The notes: generated from the letters alone by a model not told the origin. A stretch of 64,000 nt of DNA from Longimicrobiales bacterium (GCA_965226375.1 CBDDCX010000008.1:64001-128000), one strand, 5' to 3'. Shown: positions 19,444 to 29,807, counted from the stretch's first letter. Numbers and translations: made by a program.

Positions 19444-21558
19444 GTGATACGCTTGGCCCCGCCTCCTTTACTGTGCCCCTCTATCCGGCCGCGATCAGGT
19501 GCGACTCCGCCGACCGCGTGCCCACGAGTCCGCGTGCTGGCCTGGCTCATGCTTATGGGTGCGTTTGCCCTGTTCAGCGGGCCCCTGGCCGGACAATATG
19601 CGCCGCCCAGTGTCGCCGACTCCCTTCAGTATCTGGAGGACGCCAAGGACGTTCAGGCTCGCTACGAGCGCTATCGAGAGCAGCGTACGCCCCCCGATCT
19701 CGCGGATCTGAGCGGTCGCTGTGATGACATCGTCGGACGCTTCTGCTCCCGATTCCCGGACCATATCGACGTGGACGAATGGCAGGCTCCCGAGGAGCTG
19801 CCGGAGCTCGAGTTGGCCCGGACCCGGGTGCTCAGGGACCTCGGCGAGATTGCCCAGAAGATTCCGGGGGACCTCTGGATTCTCGGTCAGCGGGTCTACT
19901 ACCTGACCGACATGGGCGCCGCATCCACCGCCGCCAATCTGGCCAGGAGGTGCGGAGGCCGAGCCCACTGGTGGTGCACCGCCCTGGCGGCCTACGTACA
20001 CCATACCCGGGGGCTGTGGACCGTGGCCGACGAGGTGTTCGAGCAGGCGCTGGCCGAGATGCCCCCGGATACGGCCGCCGAGTGGCGTACTCCAACACAT
20101 CTCCTCGACGAGTCTGCCTTGGAGATGTATGAGGACTCGGAGGATAAGCCTCTTGTGGAGCAGCGGCTCTGGTTGCTCGGCGATCCCCTCTATCTGGTCG
20201 AGGGCAACGATCGCAAGACGGAGCAGTACGCGCGGCAGGTGCTCGTGCGGATGCGAGCCGAGGCGATCAACGGCACGGGTCTGGATTGGGATGAGGATCT
20301 GGCGGAAATCACGCTCCGGTGGGGCGCTGTCGAGGCGTGGTCGCGTGAGCGTGACCTGCCGACCGGGGACTCGTTGGGAGATAGCCGACGCATGGTGAGC
20401 CACCGCCGAGGACAGGAGTTCCTTCCTCCGGCAGACGCGCTCGAGGATCCGTCGGGGGTGGTGGCCGGGTCCTGGGTCCTGGGGGATAGGGCGCGGATGG
20501 AGCTTCGGGAGAAGGCGGCCCTCGTGGATCCGCTCAACAGCGGTAGCATGCTGGACCAAGCGACTCAGGCCAACGAACTATTCGGCAATTCCACCGATCT
20601 CAACGCCATCTTCTACGATGGATTGATCAGGTCCGGACCGCGTACGGGCTACACGGCGCCATACGCGCGGCGATTCGGAATCCTCGAGACTCAGGTCGCG
20701 CGCTTCCGCCGTGGTGACTCGCTTCTCGTGGTTGCGGCGTTTGCCAGGAAGGCGGAAGAGAAGAAGAATCCCGCCGCCCCGCCGGCCGTCGCTCCTCGCA
20801 AGGAAGAGGGCCTGGACCTGAGGGCGGCCCGTAAAGAAAGTCGGTCGGACACACAGAGGCGCATGAACCCGTTCGGTGAGGTGCGTGAGGTGCCCGTGCC
20901 GTTCATGGCTCACGTGTCTGAGAGGAGCATCGAGTCGGGGCTGTTCCTGATCGATTCCGAGAGCGGCGAGCCGTTCGAGGTTCGAGGTGAGGGGACCGAG
21001 GGCTCGTTCCAGCTCAGGGTGCCCAATCGGCACTATATCGTGGGACTAGAGGCGTTCAGCCTCGGAGAAAAAAGGGCGTGGAGAGATCGCCACGGCCTCT
21101 GGCAGGATCCCCTGGTGCTTGGACTCGCGGCGATCTCCGACCTGCTGATCCTGCAGGGGGGTGGTGAGCTCCCGACCTCGTTGGACGAGGCCCTCCCCAC
21201 GGCGCTGCCCGCGGTCAGGATCGAAGAAGGTGATGCCTTCAAGGTGGCCTGGGAGCTCTATGGGCTGCGAGTAGGCGAGTCCGCGAGCGTACGGATCGGA
21301 GTCAACCGGGGTCGGAGTAGCATCGTCACTCGGCTGGGTGAGTTCCTGCGTGTCGTGGAGCCGAACGAGCCGGTGGTGATGACCTGGGAAGAGGCCGGCC
21401 CCGACGTCCTCGGAACGGTGTTTCGGGCGGTGGAGTTGAATCTGCCCGACCTGGAGCCTGGCGACTATACGCTCACGGTCGAGATCGAGCTTTCCGGTCG
21501 TGAGCCGATGATGGTGGCTCGGCCCATCACCATCGTGCCCAGATCTGAGGAACGGTAG
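19444..21558 (+). CDS. Exported hypothetical protein, possibly with a divergent GWxTD-like domain
   Basis: Long ORF with a signal-like hydrophobic stretch ending LAG-Q, paired Cys, DPLYL...NDRKTEQYAR...WDEDLAEITLRWG, beta-rich C-terminus. Start uncertain (19444-19549). Confidence 0.7.
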   Translation: MIRLAPPPLLCPSIRPRSGATPPTACPRVRVLAWLMLMGAFALFSGPLAGQYAPPSVADSLQYLEDAKDVQARYERYREQRTPPDLADLSGRCDDIVGRFCSRFPDHIDVDEWQAPEELPELELARTRVLRDLGEIAQKIPGDLWILGQRVYYLTDMGAASTAANLARRCGGRAHWWCTALAAYVHHTRGLWTVADEVFEQALAEMPPDTAAEWRTPTHLLDESALEMYEDSEDKPLVEQRLWLLGDPLYLVEGNDRKTEQYARQVLVRMRAEAINGTGLDWDEDLAEITLRWGAVEAWSRERDLPTGDSLGDSRRMVSHRRGQEFLPPADALEDPSGVVAGSWVLGDRARMELREKAALVDPLNSGSMLDQATQANELFGNSTDLNAIFYDGLIRSGPRTGYTAPYARRFGILETQVARFRRGDSLLVVAAFARKAEEKKNPAAPPAVAPRKEEGLDLRAARKESRSDTQRRMNPFGEVREVPVPFMAHVSERSIESGLFLIDSESGEPFEVRGEGTEGSFQLRVPNRHYIVGLEAFSLGEKRAWRDRHGLWQDPLVLGLAAISDLLILQGGGELPTSLDEALPTALPAVRIEEGDAFKVAWELYGLRVGESASVRIGVNRGRSSIVTRLGEFLRVVEPNEPVVMTWEEAGPDVLGTVFRAVELNLPDLEPGDYTLTVEIELSGREPMMVARPITIVPRSEER

Positions 21559-21604
21559 TCCGAGTTGGCGCAACGACCCACAGACTCCGTACTGTAGCGG
21601 GGCA

Positions 21605-22453
21605 ATGACGCCAACGTCTCCGTTCAAGAGGATGTCCGCCGTGACCGTTACGCTCTCCCGCACAGCCGGCGGCATCGGCATGATCGCCATTCTTGTGGTT
21701 CTTTCAGGAGCCGTGCGTGCAGCCCTGCCAACCACTCCCGAGAGGCAGCAGGTGAAACCGAACGATATTGTGGAGCTCCTGAAGGGCGGCCAGTCCGTGT
21801 TCGGGGTCTTCTCCGGCGAGAAGACGCCCGAGCAGGGCGCCAGGATCATTGAGAATCGAGAGACCGACTTCGTGTTCTATTCTCTCGAGACCGGACCCTT
21901 CGATATCCCGGCCATGGAGTCATACATGCGCGGAATGGTGGATGCCGGCGGTGAGGACGCCCACCCCATCGTGCTCCGTATCCCGCCGATTCGCGACGGC
22001 CGAGAGGCGGCCCGAGAGCGGGTGGGACGAGGGCTCGATGCCTGGATAGACGGGATCGTCTTTCCGCACGTGGAAACCGCGGACGAAGCCGCGTTCGCCG
22101 TGAGCTCCATGGGAGACGACCTGTGGCCGTCGAATCCCGACGGGAGATTGCTCAACATTCTGCTCATCGAGGACCAGGTCGGGGTCGCGAACGCCCGTGA
22201 CATCGTCGCCACGCCGGGTGTGGGTGTCGTCATCCCCGGACCCGGGGACCTCCGACGCGCCTACGAGGGAGATGCCGAGGCCATTGAGGGCGCCATACAG
22301 ACGGTGGTCTCGGCCTGTAAGGAGTTCGACGTTCCGTGCGGTATCACGGCGGGGGCCGACGACATCGCGGAGCGCCTCGATCAAGGGTTCCGGCTCATTA
22401 TCGTGAATGGGGATGACGCCTTGGCTGTGGGGAGAGCGGCGGCGGGGCGTTGA
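21605..22453 (+). CDS. HpcH/HpaI aldolase-citrate lyase family protein with N-terminal signal peptide
   Basis: VLRIPP, GIVFPHVETADEA, LLIEDQVG, PGPGDLR, VPCG. Confidence 0.8.
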   Translation: MTPTSPFKRMSAVTVTLSRTAGGIGMIAILVVLSGAVRAALPTTPERQQVKPNDIVELLKGGQSVFGVFSGEKTPEQGARIIENRETDFVFYSLETGPFDIPAMESYMRGMVDAGGEDAHPIVLRIPPIRDGREAARERVGRGLDAWIDGIVFPHVETADEAAFAVSSMGDDLWPSNPDGRLLNILLIEDQVGVANARDIVATPGVGVVIPGPGDLRRAYEGDAEAIEGAIQTVVSACKEFDVPCGITAGADDIAERLDQGFRLIIVNGDDALAVGRAAAGR

Positions 22454-23346
22454 AGACTCTCTCCTTCGGCTGGATGATCCTCGGTGTAGCCGCCTGTCAG
22501 CCTGGGGATCCCGGCAGTGAGGGGGCGGCCGTAGTCCATAACGACTCCGACCTCGCCGGGGCCGCCGTCGAGCATGAGAACGTCATCATCGACCTCTGGG
22601 CCGAGAGAAAAGCGGCTTTCGGCATCTTCGTCCCCAATGAGCGGCCCCGCACCGAGGAACAGAGACGGAATGGAGAGCGACCGGCCCCTGTGTATACGCG
22701 GGAAGGCGGTGAGCGGCTGGCCCAGAATCCACTCTATGACTTCCTTTTTCTGAACCTGGAAGGTGGCTACGACGTCGCGGCCGTGAGTGCTCTTGTTGAG
22801 GGGCTCCGCGGTCCGAGTGCCGTGGGGCGCAAGACGCTCCTGGTGCGTATTCCTCCTCTCGAGAGGGACGGCGAAGAGGTCACGCGGGCCCGCGTGAGAG
22901 AGATCCTGGACCTCGGAGCAGACGGCGTCGTGTTCCCACACGTGCGGAGTGCGGAAGAGGCTCGGATCGTCGTGAGCTTCTTTGACGACGCCGGGGCGGA
23001 CGTGTGGTCGCCGGCGAATCCGTCGGGCGAGGTCCTGGCCATGATCATGGTCGAGGACCCTGCGGCGGTTGCGGCGGTCGAGGAGATTGCCGACACGCCG
23101 GGCTACAGCCTCCTGGCCTGCGGCATCGGGAGTTTGAGAGGAGCGCTCGACGGGGACCGAGAAGCGGCGGAGGCCGGCAACCAAAGGGTGCTTGCGCACG
23201 CCAGGAGGGTCGGCCTACCGGACATGATCACGGCGAATGCCGGCGATATCGAAAAGCGAATTCAGGAGGGCTTCCTGGGGCTCCTCATGCAGGGTGAGGA
23301 GGCCGACGAGGTGATACGGATCGGCCGCGCGGCCGTGGGCCGCTAG
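22450..23346 (+). CDS. HpcH/HpaI aldolase family lipoprotein
   Basis: Lipobox VAAC, LVRIPP, ILDLGADGVVFPHV, IMVED. TTG start overlaps the upstream TGA. Confidence 0.8.
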   Translation: MKTLSFGWMILGVAACQPGDPGSEGAAVVHNDSDLAGAAVEHENVIIDLWAERKAAFGIFVPNERPRTEEQRRNGERPAPVYTREGGERLAQNPLYDFLFLNLEGGYDVAAVSALVEGLRGPSAVGRKTLLVRIPPLERDGEEVTRARVREILDLGADGVVFPHVRSAEEARIVVSFFDDAGADVWSPANPSGEVLAMIMVEDPAAVAAVEEIADTPGYSLLACGIGSLRGALDGDREAAEAGNQRVLAHARRVGLPDMITANAGDIEKRIQEGFLGLLMQGEEADEVIRIGRAAVGR

Positions 23347-23387
23347 ACCTAGTTCTGTCGAGCCGTACGGATGGGGCGTCTAGCGGT

Positions 23388-23930
23388 CTAGCGGGTCCCC
23401 GTCGTATCGGCCGGCTCCGTGTTCGCCTCGACGTAGGCCGTGGCGAACTCCTCGACCTTCCACTTCAGAGCTTCCTGGAGAGCCGCCTGCGCGGTGGCGG
23501 CTTCTTCGACGCCCACACCCGTCGACCACCAGGTCACGGCTTCGGGCAGCGAGATCTGTGAGTCGCGCGTCATCTGGGCCGACTGTTGCACACGCACCGA
23601 TACGGAGTAAGCGACGGCGCTCGCCGCGTCCTCGCCCGCGGCGCACTCGAGAGTAACTCGCAGCTCCGGCAGAGCCGGATTCCTGAGCATCTCCCCCTCG
23701 GTGAGCAGGTCGACTTCGGCTTCGATGAGGATCGCCTCAGCCTCGGCCTGGACAACCTGGCGCGTCATTCCGAGGCTCTCGCACGTAGCGGCCTCGGTTC
23801 GGACAAACACGCCGCCGAGGTCCTCCAGGGTGTAGCGATTCCATACCGTGTCCTGCGCCACGACGTCCGTGGGGATCGACATCGCAGCCAGCCCCACGAG
23901 TGCGCCGAGCGCGTATACATACCATCTCAT
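23388..23930 (-). CDS. Exported hypothetical protein
   Basis: Signal peptide (MRWYVYALGALVGLAAM...AQ); co-oriented directly downstream of the ankyrin gene. Confidence 0.75.
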   Translation of the reverse strand: MRWYVYALGALVGLAAMSIPTDVVAQDTVWNRYTLEDLGGVFVRTEAATCESLGMTRQVVQAEAEAILIEAEVDLLTEGEMLRNPALPELRVTLECAAGEDAASAVAYSVSVRVQQSAQMTRDSQISLPEAVTWWSTGVGVEEAATAQAALQEALKWKVEEFATAYVEANTEPADTTGTR

Positions 23931-23955
23931 GCTATTACTCCGAATTCGGTCAGTT

Positions 23956-25746
23956 CTATCTCGACGCACCGCCACAGGATTTGCACTGGTGATTGTTCTC
24001 CGAGCCTAACTTCTCCAGCAGGGCGATCGTGACGGGGTGCGGCTGTGCCCTCTGCTCAGGGCTGTTCGCCAGGTCGGCGGTGGTCTGGCCGCGACGGCTG
24101 ATCACATTGATGTCTGCTTCCTGGCTCATAAGGTACAGAATAGTCTCGTTGTCGCCTCGCGCCGCGGAGTTATGGAGGGCCGTGTAGCCGTCCTTGTCTC
24201 GCAGATTCGGATCGATTCCCAGCTCCTCGATCAGGTATTTCACAGCGGGCAGCCAACCGTCGGGGACGTGCCGGTGCGTTTGTGCGACGCGGGAGCTGCC
24301 GAAGCCCACTCCCGATGCGGCGTGCAGGGCGTGGGTGCCAGGGCCACCGTGAGGCACGGGCGGCAGTCCCGATGGATCAATTGGCTCCGGTTCGTTGTTG
24401 GCCGGGTTGGTCGGTATGTCCGGGTCCACGCGACGGGGACGCGGGAGGTTGTAGGTCCAGATGTTCGGGTCGGCGCCGTTGGCCATGAGCAGCTGCATGG
24501 CCTTCACGTCGGCCGCGTAGGCGGCGCGCCAGAACGGGGTGGCACCCGCAAAATCCACGCCCATCCGTCCGGCGTTGTACGCCGCGTACCAGATGTGTGT
24601 GGTGACTCTGGCATCCGGATTGGCCCCGGCCCGGAGCAGCAACTCCATCAAGTCGAGATAGGTGGTCTCCTGTTGGCGAAACGCCTGGGGCTGCGGGTAC
24701 CATGTCCGGAGCGACCACTCGATGTTGAGCGTCGCGAACAGCGGCGCGGCACCGTCGTCACTGACCAGGTTGGGGTCCGCTCCAGCCTCTAGGAGATCCT
24801 TTGCCAGATCGTAGTTCCCGTTGATCACGGCGACGAGCATAGGGCTCGACTCGTCCCCGGCCGTCACCTGATTGACGACGGCTCCAGCGTCGAGGAGGAG
24901 GCGTGCAGCCTCCCTGTGCCCTTCTCGAGCGGCGAAATGCAGCGCGGTGAATCCGCCCTGTAGACCGATCTGCTCGTTGGAGGACAGCAGCTTCGGCAGT
25001 TTGGGCTCCGTCGGTTCCTCGGCAGGGGCCGAGCGACTCTGCTGACCGCTCCGCGGTTCCTCCTCCTCGGCATCCGGGTCGGGTTCCTCGGCCGCCTTGC
25101 GGACCCGGGCACGCTGAGCGCGTTCGGCCGTGGCCTGTTCTGCGATCTCGACATAGTCCTTCACTGCGGTGGTGGCGGAGAGATCGGCTCCGGCGTCCAA
25201 GAGGGCCTGCATTGCGCGGAGGGAGTTTCGGACCGACGCGAACATCAGGGGCGAACGACTCGAGAAGGCGTCTTCGGCGTTCACGTCCGCTCCGTGCTCG
25301 CTCAACGCCCGCACGGCTTCGGCGGCATCAGCCTCGGCGGCGAAGTGCAGCGCGGTGACGCCCGTGGTCGTGTACTCGTCAGGATCGGCGCCCGCTTCGA
25401 GCAGCGCACGTACGATCACGTCGTGACCCGCACGGCTGGCCAGATGTAGGGGGGTATACCCTCCCACCCGCGTCACGGGCTTCACCGTCGCGCCTGCGTA
25501 GAGCAGGACCTGTGTTATGTCCAACTCGTTGTTGAGGGCCGCCCAGTGGAGCGCCGTGAGTCCGTCCATCTGGGCCGCATTGGGGTCGGCCCCTTGCCGC
25601 AGCAACGTGCGCACCGCTTCTGCGTCTCCCCGCTGGGCTGCGTCGGCGACAGGGGCTTCTGCCGGAGTGGCCCCGGCGAGCACCGTGAGGCTCAGTGCCA
25701 CGATCGACCCTAACCGAAGGCCGGCCTTCTTTCTCTCTACCAGCAT
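23956..25746 (-). CDS. Exported ankyrin-repeat protein
   Basis: Multiple G-x-TALH/TPLH...GADPN repeats, signal peptide, C-terminal CKSC. Confidence 0.92.
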   Translation of the reverse strand: MLVERKKAGLRLGSIVALSLTVLAGATPAEAPVADAAQRGDAEAVRTLLRQGADPNAAQMDGLTALHWAALNNELDITQVLLYAGATVKPVTRVGGYTPLHLASRAGHDVIVRALLEAGADPDEYTTTGVTALHFAAEADAAEAVRALSEHGADVNAEDAFSSRSPLMFASVRNSLRAMQALLDAGADLSATTAVKDYVEIAEQATAERAQRARVRKAAEEPDPDAEEEEPRSGQQSRSAPAEEPTEPKLPKLLSSNEQIGLQGGFTALHFAAREGHREAARLLLDAGAVVNQVTAGDESSPMLVAVINGNYDLAKDLLEAGADPNLVSDDGAAPLFATLNIEWSLRTWYPQPQAFRQQETTYLDLMELLLRAGANPDARVTTHIWYAAYNAGRMGVDFAGATPFWRAAYAADVKAMQLLMANGADPNIWTYNLPRPRRVDPDIPTNPANNEPEPIDPSGLPPVPHGGPGTHALHAASGVGFGSSRVAQTHRHVPDGWLPAVKYLIEELGIDPNLRDKDGYTALHNSAARGDNETILYLMSQEADINVISRRGQTTADLANSPEQRAQPHPVTIALLEKLGSENNHQCKSCGGASR

Positions 25747-25837
25747 GTCGCGCTCCCTCGAACGCAATATGCGTTCGGTCGTGTCCAGTGACGGAGCCCC
25801 GAAATCTTGGTGGCTCGTGCCCTCAGGATACAGTGCA

Positions 25838-27226
25838 CTAGATGGAGAACGTCCCCGTGCTGTTCCCGAACTTCTCCAGGTCGTTCGCACCGAGCTTGTG
25901 CAGCATGTCGAGCATCACGTTCGCCATCGGGGTGCCTATGGGCGCCTTGATGTGTTGCCCGCCCGCCAGTTGCCCGTTCGCGCCGCCCACGACGAACAGG
26001 GGGCAGCGGATATGGTTGTGGAGGTTACTGTCGGCCATGGCAGAGCCGTACACGATCATCGTTTTGTCCAGGAGGTTCGCGTCGCCCTCCATGGTGTTCT
26101 CGAGCTTATCCAAGAAGTACGGCAGCATGGAAACGTGGTACGCGTTGATCGCTGCGAAGTCCTTCACCCGGTCCTCCCGACTTCCGTGGTGCGACGCCGA
26201 GTGGAAGGGCGTGCTGACCCCGCTCTCGGCAAAGACTCGGGGCGACGCGTCCCGCCCCATTTTCAGTGTGAAGACACGGGTAGTGTCCGAAACGAACGCG
26301 AGCACCTGCAGGTCGAACATCAACTGCATGTGCTCGGCGAAGTCATCCGGAACCCCGACCGGGGCCTCGGGAATTTCCCGCACCTCGCCACTCGCGTTTT
26401 GAGTCTCGATCCGCTGGATGCGCTGCTCCAGCTCGCGGATGTTCTCCGTGTAGCGGTCGAGGCGCTGGCGGTCTGCGGGACCCAGTTCGCGCTGTAGGGC
26501 CGAGATCTCCTCGAGCATCCAGTCGAGAATGCTCCGATCGGCCCGGCGGCGCTGAGCGCGCTGCTCGGGAGTGCCACCGGCGCCGAACAGCATCTCGAAT
26601 ACGGCTCGGGGGTCCCGCACCATGGGGAGCGGCTCGCCCGGGGCTGACCAGCTGATCGTATCCGTGTATGCGCACGCATATCCGTAGGCGCATCCGCCGG
26701 CTTGGTCCACGTTCTCGATCGAGAGCTGCACTGAAGGAATCGGCGTGTCCTGCCCGAGGCGCTGCACGTAGAGCTGGTCCATGGACGTTCCGATGTGGAC
26801 GTCGGACCCCTCGGTCTGCTTGGGATGCGCCTGCGTCAAGAACACCGCGCTCGTCCGGAAGTGGTCCCCTCCGATCTCCTGCGGGGAGAAGGCGTCCGCC
26901 ATTCTCGAGTCCGTGTCGCTGACAATGGTCAGGTAGTCGCGGAAGGGCTCGAGGGAGCGTAGGCTCGTCGGTGAGAGGTCGAAGTCACTCCCTGTGGCCT
27001 TCGGTGACCAGAGGTTCATGGATTCGCCGAGCTCGTTGCAGCCGGCGGCTCCGTGCACCTGTTCGATGCAGACCAAACGGGTGCGCTCCGACGCGACCAC
27101 GGCGGGCGATGACGCCCATGACCGTTTGGCCGGGATCATCGCATCGAGAAGCGGGAGGCCGAGAGAAGCGCCCATACCGCGTAGCAGCGCCCGCCGTGAG
27201 ATATGTCTTCCGGTGATGAACTCCAT
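25838..27226 (-). CDS. DUF1552 domain protein with Tat-like signal
   Basis: ISRRALLRGMGASLGLPLLDAM, YTDTISW, PRAVFEMLFG, LLDKTMIVYGSAMADSNLHNH. Confidence 0.9.
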   Translation of the reverse strand: MEFITGRHISRRALLRGMGASLGLPLLDAMIPAKRSWASSPAVVASERTRLVCIEQVHGAAGCNELGESMNLWSPKATGSDFDLSPTSLRSLEPFRDYLTIVSDTDSRMADAFSPQEIGGDHFRTSAVFLTQAHPKQTEGSDVHIGTSMDQLYVQRLGQDTPIPSVQLSIENVDQAGGCAYGYACAYTDTISWSAPGEPLPMVRDPRAVFEMLFGAGGTPEQRAQRRRADRSILDWMLEEISALQRELGPADRQRLDRYTENIRELEQRIQRIETQNASGEVREIPEAPVGVPDDFAEHMQLMFDLQVLAFVSDTTRVFTLKMGRDASPRVFAESGVSTPFHSASHHGSREDRVKDFAAINAYHVSMLPYFLDKLENTMEGDANLLDKTMIVYGSAMADSNLHNHIRCPLFVVGGANGQLAGGQHIKAPIGTPMANVMLDMLHKLGANDLEKFGNSTGTFSI

Positions 27227-27287
27227 CTTTCCAACCTCGCTCGAGAATGCTCTGGTTCAACTTCCGCTCTGGTCCCGCTCAGCTGCC

Positions 27288-29807
27288 CTATAGGCCGGCT
27301 GACGTCTCCTCCTCTTCCACCCTCGTCGTCTGGAAGGCCGGGCTGTTCACGACCCCTATCACGAACGAAGAGAAGTGGTAATCGTTTTCTGCGGCGTCAC
27401 GTGTGATCGTACGAACCGTAGGCAAGTCGAAGTATTCGACTCGCCGGCCCAATCCGTAGGCCATCAGGTTGGTGGCGAAGATCCGGTAAAAGACCTCCGG
27501 ACGGCTCAGGAGCGCCGCCCTCAGGTCGGCCGGGCCGCGTAGGGGTGTGCCGTCGTATAGCTCTCCCACCGGATCGATCAGATTTCCCTCGTCGCGGATC
27601 CGCCATGCGCCCGTCACGTCGAAGTTCTCGAGAGCGAGGCCAATGGGGTCGATGACCCGATGGCACGCCATGCAGACCGGGTTCGACCGGTGTAGCTCCA
27701 TACGCTCACGTACCGTGAGGAAGCGCCCGTCCGTGTCTTCGTCAGTCTCTTCGAACGCCGGGACGTCGGGCGGAGGTGGAGGGGGTGGGGTCCCCAGCAG
27801 CACCTCCAGCACCCACTTGCCGCGCAGGACCGGTGAGGTCCGTGCGGCGTGTGACGTCATGGCCAGGATGCTTCCGTGCCCCAGAATGCCCCGCCGGGTG
27901 TCATCCGGATAGGAGATTCTCTGGAACTCCGGCCCCGTGATGCCCGGGATGCCGTAGTGCCGTGCCAGACGCTCGTTGACGAACGTGTAGTCCGCGGTCA
28001 TCAACTCGAGAACGCTTCTGTCTTCGCGGATGAGGTGCGAGAACAGCAATTCGGTCTCACGTCGCATGGCTTCTGCGAGCGTATCGTCGAAGTAAGGGTA
28101 CGACAGCGCATCCGGGTGGAGCTTGTCCAGATCCTGGAGCCGCAACCACTGGCCTCCAAAGCGGCTGGCCAGGGCCTCCTGTGCACGGGGGTCGGCCAGC
28201 ATCCGGCGCGCCTGACGCTCGAGCTCACCCGGGCTCGAGAGCTCTCCACGATCCGCAAGGCCGATCAGCTGGCGATCAGGCGGAGCTCCCCAGAGGAAGA
28301 AGGACAGCCGTGACGCCAGGTCGATGTCGTTGATCCGATGGACCTCACCCGCCATCGCCCCACTCGGCCTCTCTTCCATCCGGAAGAGGAAGTGCGGGCT
28401 GGCCAGCATCGCCTGAAGCGCCATACGGATGCCGCCCTCGAAGCCGTCGTCGGCAGCGGCCCCGTCGTAGAAGGCCATGAGCCCTCGAAGGTCGGTCTCG
28501 TCGAGAGGCCGACGGTACGCCTCAGCGCCCAGGCGGGAGATGATGCTCTCGGCGCAGGGACGGGCCTCTTCAGCCGAAATCGGTCGGCAACTGAACACCC
28601 TCTGTCGGGTCGGCGTGTCCGAGACACCCGTGACCTCGTACGGCCCCAGGATCGTGAGCCGCTGCAGGTGGGGGATTGTCGTGACCCCGTAGCCGATGCC
28701 GATCTGCCCGTCAGCCAGGGTGTGGTCGATGGGTCGGATCAGGTCGTCCACCTCACCTTCGAACGTGCGCAGGAAGGCCGCCGTGATCCTCTTGGGGCCC
28801 GCGGTCACGTAGATGGAGTCCGTCCTCATGTTCAGGCCACTGGGCTCCGACTCGTGCATCCACCTGTCAACGGTCATGAGCGCGACGCGGGCTCCGTCGA
28901 CCGAGACCTCGATCTGAACGTTCCCGAACGTTCGTCCGAAGACCTCCCCTTCCACCGCCGGATACGGCTGGATGTGAAAGACGTATTTGCCGTCGGCGGG
29001 GAAGTTGTGAATCACGGAGACCCCACCGCGGGTGCCGAAGGGGGCTCCTTCGACACGGTCCTTCTGAGAGGCGGTCCGCGGGATCCGGTACCGCGTCGAG
29101 TTCGGCTCGGCGTCGGGGTCTCCCAACGCGATCCGACTGATGTGGTTGGCCGCCCGCAGGTAGCCTTCCATCACAGTTGCCGACGGCATCTGAACGTCCG
29201 CGATGTTGTCGAAGTTGGCACTCTTGGTGTCGAGCGGAAGGAAGGTGCCAACGTCGATCTCCAGTCCCAGGAGATCCTGGACGGAGCTGGCGTACTCGGC
29301 GCGGTTGAGGCGCTGGAACGTTCTCCACCCGGGATTGGGATTCTGAGCGGCGGCCTCATCGATGCGGGTCTCGAGCTCCTCGACCAGCATCATGAGGGTG
29401 TCACCACCGGGTCGTGGCATTCCGGCCGGTGGCATCATCCCGGCGCGGAGCTTTCGAATCATCTTCTCGGCTGTTTCGGCCATTTCGGGGGCTTTCTCGA
29501 CCTCGAAACCGATCAGCGACAGGTTCCCCGTGAGCAACGCATCGTTGTGACAGGCCATGCAATACCGCTGGACCATCAACGTGAGCTCTTCGGGCGTAGC
29601 CGTGGGCGCGCCGTCGCCCGTGCCGTGCAGGGCGGACGGGACCATCGGGAGGATCGCGGACAGGACGGTCGCTGCCGGCAGGATGGTCCGGTGGGTCGCC
29701 AGAGGGCGCAACACCGTGTCGTTTCCGGCGACCCCGGCGTCCGCGGTCTGCCCTACGAGCACCAGCAGGATACCGAGCGCTGCCAGTGCGGCACTAAGTG
29801 CTCTCAT
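27288..29807 (-). CDS. DUF1587/1595/1592/1588/1585 multidomain protein with two CxxCH motifs
   Basis: RLNRAEY, LASRLSFFLW, QWLRL, TSPVLRGKWVL, LENFDVTGAWR. CMACH at 29547-29561 and 27660-27674. Confidence 0.92.
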   Translation of the reverse strand: MRALSAALAALGILLVLVGQTADAGVAGNDTVLRPLATHRTILPAATVLSAILPMVPSALHGTGDGAPTATPEELTLMVQRYCMACHNDALLTGNLSLIGFEVEKAPEMAETAEKMIRKLRAGMMPPAGMPRPGGDTLMMLVEELETRIDEAAAQNPNPGWRTFQRLNRAEYASSVQDLLGLEIDVGTFLPLDTKSANFDNIADVQMPSATVMEGYLRAANHISRIALGDPDAEPNSTRYRIPRTASQKDRVEGAPFGTRGGVSVIHNFPADGKYVFHIQPYPAVEGEVFGRTFGNVQIEVSVDGARVALMTVDRWMHESEPSGLNMRTDSIYVTAGPKRITAAFLRTFEGEVDDLIRPIDHTLADGQIGIGYGVTTIPHLQRLTILGPYEVTGVSDTPTRQRVFSCRPISAEEARPCAESIISRLGAEAYRRPLDETDLRGLMAFYDGAAADDGFEGGIRMALQAMLASPHFLFRMEERPSGAMAGEVHRINDIDLASRLSFFLWGAPPDRQLIGLADRGELSSPGELERQARRMLADPRAQEALASRFGGQWLRLQDLDKLHPDALSYPYFDDTLAEAMRRETELLFSHLIREDRSVLELMTADYTFVNERLARHYGIPGITGPEFQRISYPDDTRRGILGHGSILAMTSHAARTSPVLRGKWVLEVLLGTPPPPPPPDVPAFEETDEDTDGRFLTVRERMELHRSNPVCMACHRVIDPIGLALENFDVTGAWRIRDEGNLIDPVGELYDGTPLRGPADLRAALLSRPEVFYRIFATNLMAYGLGRRVEYFDLPTVRTITRDAAENDYHFSSFVIGVVNSPAFQTTRVEEEETSAGL

